NCBI GenBank assembly: GCA_964343835.1
Contig: CAYFKR010000017.1
Location: 17,985 to 81,984 of the forward strand
Length of the DNA stretch: 64,000 bases
Reading direction: 5' to 3'
DNA from: an uncultured Fibrobacteraceae bacterium
Lineage (GTDB): Bacteria; Krumholzibacteriota; Krumholzibacteriia; LZORAL124-64-63
In this document: piece by piece, positions 58,738-64,000 of the stretch
How the letters are laid out: every line of letters begins with the position of its first letter
How positions within the stretch are numbered: position 1 is the first letter of the stretch
Made by a program: the position numbers and the translations under genes
The notes under the pieces: generated by a model
The model's input: only the letters and a program-made list of their open reading frames with translations
Databases searched by the model: none
What the model was told of the DNA's origin: nothing

Positions 58738-59841
58738 TTGAAGAACGTCATCACGGCCGCGCTGGCCGTCCTGCTGACCGCCCAGTTCGCCGTCGCCGCC
58801 TCGAGCACCGCCACCGGCGTGTCCCGGCAGCAGAACCCCGCCATCAGCCTCAACGCCCTGTTCCTGGGCCAGTGGAACGACGACACGCCCACGGCCGACG
58901 AGAACTTCGCCAAGCTCCAGGAGGCCGAGATCCAGTTCAGCTCCGTGGTGGATCCGTTCTGGACCGCCGACGTGGTGCTGTCGTTCCACCCCGCCCACGA
59001 CCACGACGGCGAAGAGGCGCACGGCCTGATCGCAGACATCGAGGTGGCCGAGATCCACAGCACCTCCATGCCCGCCGGCTTCGGTCTGACCCTCGGCAAG
59101 TTCTACGCGCCCTTCGGCCGCCACGCCGTGCTGCACACCCACCAGTACCCCTTCACCCGCGCACCCCTGGCCCAGCGGATGATCCTGGGCGACCACGGCC
59201 TGACCGAGATCGGCGCCAAGGTGGACTGGACCGCCCCGATGCCCTGGTGGTCGGAGGTGTCGGTCTACGGCGTGAACGGCGACGCCGAGATCTTCGACGC
59301 CGAGGACCGCGCCCCCGTGTTCGGCGCCCGCTGGAGCAACCTGTGGGACGTGTCCGACGGCGGTACCCTGGAGCTGGGCGGATCGTACCTGAGCGGTCCC
59401 GGCGCCCTGCACGAGGACGAAGCCGGCGACCTGGCCGTGTCCGGCCTGGACCTGACCTGGAAATGGGCGTCGGTGACGCAGTCCCAGGGCCCGGCCGCCA
59501 ACATCTCCGCCGAGCTCATGATGCCCGACCACGAGCACGGCGAGGGCGACCCCATGGGCTGGTTCCTCCACGCCCAGACGCGCGTGCACCGCAACTGGTG
59601 GCTGGGCGCAGGCTACGGCCGCGTGGACGACATGATGGAGCACCACCACGACGAGAAGGCCGACCACGAGCTCGCCGACTGGACCGAGTGGAAGGCCGCC
59701 GTGACCTTCGCTCCCAGCGAGTTCAGCGCCCTGCGCGCCGAGGTCTCGAAGATCGAGGAAGTGGACGGCGAGATGTCGGACCTGCGCGTCTCGGTGCAGT
59801 GGAACGTCACCATCGGGTCCCACCCGGCCCACCTGTACTAG
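58738..59841 (+). CDS. Outer-membrane beta-barrel, putative metal (Zn) uptake receptor/porin
   Basis: GGAGG RBS with TTG start; NPAISL, QEAEI..VDPF, GKF..PFG, His-rich loops, C-terminal GSHPAHLY. Confidence 0.78.
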   Translation: MKNVITAALAVLLTAQFAVAASSTATGVSRQQNPAISLNALFLGQWNDDTPTADENFAKLQEAEIQFSSVVDPFWTADVVLSFHPAHDHDGEEAHGLIADIEVAEIHSTSMPAGFGLTLGKFYAPFGRHAVLHTHQYPFTRAPLAQRMILGDHGLTEIGAKVDWTAPMPWWSEVSVYGVNGDAEIFDAEDRAPVFGARWSNLWDVSDGGTLELGGSYLSGPGALHEDEAGDLAVSGLDLTWKWASVTQSQGPAANISAELMMPDHEHGEGDPMGWFLHAQTRVHRNWWLGAGYGRVDDMMEHHHDEKADHELADWTEWKAAVTFAPSEFSALRAEVSKIEEVDGEMSDLRVSVQWNVTIGSHPAHLY

Positions 59842-59850
59842 GAGGACGCC

Positions 59851-60774
59851 ATGAAGCGCATCCTGCTGCTGACGGCCTGCCTGCTGGCGCTCGGCGCCGG
59901 CCAGGCCGCGGCTAAGCTGAAGGTGGTGGCGACCCTCTCCGACCTGGGAGAGATCGCCCGCCTGGTGGGCGGCGACGATGTCGAGGTTGAGATCCTCTGC
60001 CCCGGCGCCACCGACCCCCACTACCTGCCCGCCAAACCGTCCCTGGCCCGCAAGCTGGGCAAGGCCGACCTGCTGGTCTACACCGGTCTGGAGCTGGAGG
60101 TGGGCTGGCTGCCGTCGCTGATCCGCAAGGCGCGCAACCCGAAAGTCCGTGCGGGCGCTCCCGGGGAGCTTGACTGCTCCACAGCTCTGACGGAGATCCT
60201 GGACGTGCCCCACGACCACCTGGATCGCGGCCACGGCGACGTTCACCCCCTCGGGAATCCCCACTACACCCTGGACCCGCGCGCCATGGTCCACGTGGCC
60301 CATCGCATGGCCGCCCGCATGGGTGAGCTCGATCCCGACAACGACGCCGAGTACCGTCACCGGGCCGACCATTTTGCGGAAGCCATGCGCGGCAAGCTGC
60401 GCGAATGGGAGACCGCCGTCGCTCCGGCGCGGGACCACCACATCCTGCTCTACCATCAGACATGGACCTATCTGGTGCACTGGCTCGGGCTGGAGGTGTA
60501 CGGCGAGATCGAGCACCGTCCCGGCATCGCTCCCTCGCCCCGCCACGTCCAGACGATGGTGGAGCAGGGCCGTGAGCTGGGCGACGTGATCGTGGTGGCC
60601 GCCACCTGGTCCCACGTGGACGTCGCACGCGAGACCGCCCGCCGCATCGGCTGTCCGCTGGCGGTGCTGCCGGCGGCCTCGGGATCCGAAAAGGGAGTCG
60701 ACGGCTACGTGCAGCTCATCGACGAGATCGTGGCCCGCCTGGCGGCGGCCGCGGTGGAAGGGGAAACCCCGTGA
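59851..60774 (+). CDS. Metal ABC transporter substrate-binding protein (ZnuA-like)
   Basis: KVVAT, DPHY, ADLLV..GLELE, GDVHPLGNPHYTLDP, YH. Confidence 0.9.
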   Translation: MKRILLLTACLLALGAGQAAAKLKVVATLSDLGEIARLVGGDDVEVEILCPGATDPHYLPAKPSLARKLGKADLLVYTGLELEVGWLPSLIRKARNPKVRAGAPGELDCSTALTEILDVPHDHLDRGHGDVHPLGNPHYTLDPRAMVHVAHRMAARMGELDPDNDAEYRHRADHFAEAMRGKLREWETAVAPARDHHILLYHQTWTYLVHWLGLEVYGEIEHRPGIAPSPRHVQTMVEQGRELGDVIVVAATWSHVDVARETARRIGCPLAVLPAASGSEKGVDGYVQLIDEIVARLAAAAVEGETP

Positions 60775-61601
60775 GCGGATTCCTGGAGATGATGGCGGCC
60801 CCGGTCGTGATGGCCCTGATCCTGGTGGCCATGCATTCCCACCTGGGATGGCACGTGGTCAGGCGCGGCGTGATCTTCGTGGACATCGCCCTGGCCCAGG
60901 TCGCGGCCTTCGGCGTGGCGATCTCGCTGCTGTTCGGCGGCGAGATCGGCACCGATTCCACCTACGCCATGGCCCTGGCCGCTACCGTCCTGGGCGCCGT
61001 CCTGATCGCGGCGACCCGCACCCGCGACGAGCGCGTACCCCAGGAGGCGTACATCGGCATCATCTACGCCGTGGCCAGCGCCGCCATGATCCTGGTCCTG
61101 ACCCAGGTGCCCCATGGCGGCGAGGAGATCCGCCACCTGTTGGTGGGCGCCCTGCTGTGGGTCACGTGGCCCGTCGTGATCAAGACGGCGGTGCTCTACG
61201 CGGCCCTCGGCGCCCTGCTCTGGATCTGGCGCGGCCCCCTGCGCCGCATCTCCACGGACCACGAGGAGGCCCGCCGCGCGGGCCTCCGGGTCCGCCTATG
61301 GGACCTGGCGTTCTACGCCATCCTCGGCACCGTCGTGACCTCCAGCGTGCAGGTGGCCGGCGTGCTGCTGGTGTTCGCCCTGCTGGTGGTACCCACGGTG
61401 ATGGGAGTGCGGCTGTTCGTCGCGGACCGGGCGCAGTTCCTGTACACGCTGGGCGTGGGGGTGGCTGCGGTGGTGCTCGGGGCGGGGGCGAGTTATGCGT
61501 TCGATCTGCCGACGGGGGCGGCGATCGTTTGTGTGTTCGGGGGGATGTTGGTGGTGCAGGTGGTGGGGGAACTGGCGACAGGAAGCAGGATAGGAGCCTG
61601 A
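60771..61601 (+). CDS. Metal ABC transporter permease (ZnuB-like)
   Basis: HVVRRGVIFVDIALAQVAA, QEAYIG, GVLLVFALLVVP, DLPTGAAIV; multiple TM helices. Confidence 0.9.
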   Translation: MSGFLEMMAAPVVMALILVAMHSHLGWHVVRRGVIFVDIALAQVAAFGVAISLLFGGEIGTDSTYAMALAATVLGAVLIAATRTRDERVPQEAYIGIIYAVASAAMILVLTQVPHGGEEIRHLLVGALLWVTWPVVIKTAVLYAALGALLWIWRGPLRRISTDHEEARRAGLRVRLWDLAFYAILGTVVTSSVQVAGVLLVFALLVVPTVMGVRLFVADRAQFLYTLGVGVAAVVLGAGASYAFDLPTGAAIVCVFGGMLVVQVVGELATGSRIGA

Positions 61602-61650
61602 CCACAGGAGACCACTGGACCAGTCGGTTCCGATGAAAGCTCGATCACGC

Positions 61651-62300
61651 TCACTTGACGAGCGTGATCGGGAGCCCCGATCTCCCGTCGGGGGATTCGA
61701 TCAGGCAGAAGTAATTCCCTGCGCCGACCTGGCGTCCCTTCGTGTCGGTGCCGTTCCAGGTGACGAGATGGGACCCGGCGACGATCTCTTCGTCAATCAA
61801 GGTCGTGATGAGGCGACCCCGCAGGTCGAAGATGCGCAATGCTGCGTGACCGGGGGAGCTGATCGAGAAAGCGATCGTTGTGGAGGGGTTGAACGGAGGC
61901 AGCCCTGCCTGGACGAAGCGTTGATTATGGGAGGATCGGGCGCCTCCTCCCAGGCAGGCTAGTGCCTACCAGTTCTCAGTGCACTCCGGGGGCCAACAGT
62001 CCCCGTCATAGCCATCAGCCTGGAGAGCAAAGATACACGCATAGTTGTGCGGGCGACTCTGCCAGCCCAGCTCCTCGGCGGTGCTGCACTGGATCGGCAA
62101 CAAAGCAAGGGCTGACTCGTTATATACCACTCTACACCCGCCAGCGCCTGACCTTCTTCAAGAGACACATATACAGCGATGCTACTATTCGTTCCTACGG
62201 GATTCATTCCTATAACGCCTACAATATCGCTACTCTCTTCACTCGCTGCTGCCCTTGCCAGGACGCACAATGCCATCATCAGTATTACATACTTATTCAT
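61651..62300 (-). pseudogene. Decayed secreted FlgD-Ig-domain protein gene
   Basis: Signal peptide MNKYVILMM..LAGVEWY, then a frameshift near 62120 and an internal TAG, ending in an intact FlgD-like tail PFNPSTTIAF..RIFDLRGRLI..WNGTD..ITLVK. Confidence 0.6.
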
Positions 62301-62348
62301 GTGCCTACTCCCATGCTGCGACTCCACCGCCATCATGATTGTGTGCCT

Positions 62349-63641
62349 CTATCTAAACATGCTCTTCACTTCTCCCCAACTCATGGTCTCATTAGGAACT
62401 GATCCCTCTAAATACGGGGCATACTCAACGACCGTGCCGACCGTGAGTGTATCGTTGCCGTCATATATATATTGATCATGCCATCCCGGCCATATTGGCC
62501 CCCAGTAATTATCCACTAGATTCACAGGTTCGTCTGTACCGCTACCGCATCTTACCACATAATCCATGCTGCCATCCCTATATATATCATTCCCATGAAA
62601 GTCTATACTTGATCGACTCACCTCGATTGTTGCCGACCCCGGCCAGGCACTCCCTGTGCCAGATAGAACATTTCCACTGCCACGCAGTAATGCGCCGCCT
62701 CCTAAATAGAGTTGCCGACCCCCGCCGGATAACATATTGTTCGTCATCAACACATCAGACCCCAATATAATTACATGCGTCCACACCCCAGACAATATTG
62801 CGCACCCTTCAATGTGCGCACTCGTTCTATCGACCTGCACCGATGTCAATCCATCGCTAAATGTGGATCCACTTATTTCAACATACTCTAGGTACTGAGC
62901 CAGAACATGACACCCAGTGACACCCGGCTGCCTTCCAGCAAATGCACACACCTCTATAGACAGACTATGTGCACCTTCATCACGCGTAGCCATTACGCCC
63001 CACGCACAATCATTAAAGCCACTGCCACCAATAGTGGACACACCCTGGCCCATCGTTGCTATGCCCACCCTGCAATTGCTCACATATATATTGCATGCAT
63101 CAATAGATGATGCCGCGTGATATATTCCTATTGACATATTCTCGATGACTATCTCTGACATGGTTATAGATCCTGTCTGCGTAGTTACTATACCGATCGG
63201 ACCAGTGATTGACCACGGCGGCGCTACGGCGGGCCCAATTACTGTACCTCGATCGCCGGAACCTATAATAGTTATATCCTTGCCCTCGACGGCCACTATG
63301 ACCTCATCAGTCCACCCTCCCTGTGGCGGCGTATATGTGAACATCGTGTCATATCGCCCCGGTCCGACTTGAATAGTATCGAGACTTGCGGCGCCCAGAA
63401 CTGCAGCCTGAATACTTGTGTAATCGCCCGTGCCATCCAGCTCCACTCTCCACGTCGCCGCTCTTCCCGAATTAGTCGCCAACACCAATAGACACAAAGC
63501 ATGGAGCGCCCTTGTGGCCGCCACTCTTATATTGTTCACATATGGTAGAAGCACACTACCCCGCCATGATAACGCCTCCGCCCAGACCCTCTCGCTAGCT
63601 ACCTGACGGACAAAATCTAACATGCTTCTCCTTATATTCAT
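62349..63641 (-). CDS. Secreted beta-helix protein with SWGEVKSMFR tail (low GC)
   Basis: WRVELDGTGDYTSIQAAV..DTIQVGPGRY and NYWG; homologous to 44238-45401. True start may be GTG 63524. Confidence 0.8.
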   Translation of the reverse strand: MNIRRSMLDFVRQVASERVWAEALSWRGSVLLPYVNNIRVAATRALHALCLLVLATNSGRAATWRVELDGTGDYTSIQAAVLGAASLDTIQVGPGRYDTMFTYTPPQGGWTDEVIVAVEGKDITIIGSGDRGTVIGPAVAPPWSITGPIGIVTTQTGSITMSEIVIENMSIGIYHAASSIDACNIYVSNCRVGIATMGQGVSTIGGSGFNDCAWGVMATRDEGAHSLSIEVCAFAGRQPGVTGCHVLAQYLEYVEISGSTFSDGLTSVQVDRTSAHIEGCAILSGVWTHVIILGSDVLMTNNMLSGGGRQLYLGGGALLRGSGNVLSGTGSAWPGSATIEVSRSSIDFHGNDIYRDGSMDYVVRCGSGTDEPVNLVDNYWGPIWPGWHDQYIYDGNDTLTVGTVVEYAPYLEGSVPNETMSWGEVKSMFR

Positions 63642-63763
63642 CGCTCCATGTACCAGGTCTTACTTCGATTCCGCTTATGGCGCGAATCATATAGGCAGGC
63701 TGACCCTGCGCAGAGAACCGAGATCGAAACGAGCAGAAGGACAGAGAGAATGGTCTTCTTCAT
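63638..63763 (-). pseudogene. 41-aa signal-peptide-only ORF, probable gene remnant
   Basis: AAAGGGG RBS; MKKTILSVLLLVSISVLCAGSA followed by an early stop. Confidence 0.4.
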
Positions 63764-64000
63764 GGCAATCCCCTTTCAGGATTGTGTTGTGATACCTGGA
63801 GTCACTCTCGCTCCAGGCTTGCTTCCAGGACCTTCCAGCCCCAGAACTCATACCCGACCCTCGCATATACAAGGGTCGGTTTCCCGATATCCTGCTTTTG
63901 TAATTCCCAAGTGAGATCAAGAGGCCCTCGTCCTGTGTCATAGTACCGGACCTCACCAGAGTCACGTTCGCGCACTAACAAGCCTTGGCACCTGACAGTG

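Noticed and set aside
63687..63965. 92-aa minus-strand ORF
   Set aside because: No RBS or motif; overlaps a better-supported signal-peptide stub in another frame.

Overview
A 64 kb window from a very GC-rich bacterium (line 1-60 is about 77% GC). The FlgD-Ig C-terminal domains and W/F-G-x-x-K C-terminal tails suggest an FCB-related candidate phylum such as Krumholzibacteriota, Latescibacterota or Eisenbacteria (inference). About 50 genes; no rRNA, tRNA, CRISPR array or intact transposase seen. Main content: (1) two ECF sigma / zf-HC2 anti-sigma / exported TPR(-CHAT) modules, the second with a duplicated ECF-type promoter; (2) an N-glycan deglycosylation and degradation cluster (PNGase F-like lipoprotein, glycosylasparaginase, GH20, GH130, two GH38-type enzymes, CBM9-like protein); (3) a polyamine operon: SpeD-like pyruvoyl decarboxylase, small acidic protein, agmatinase, deoxyhypusine-synthase-like enzyme and SET-domain protein; (4) five secreted proteins from at least four unrelated families sharing a C-terminal (S/T)(W/F)(G/S)xxKxxF(R) tail, a candidate sorting signal; (5) a broken DUF3179 gene retaining a SECIS-like hairpin; (6) a histidine-type ammonia-lyase with Ala-Cys-Gly at the MIO triad; (7) a sucrose metabolism cluster (SPS, SPP, fructokinase, SuSy); (8) a His-rich RAPP-motif leader ORF ahead of a metal uptake operon with no local ATPase; (9) a low-GC, decaying island at the right edge. 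All family assignments come from motifs read by eye; no database searches were run.
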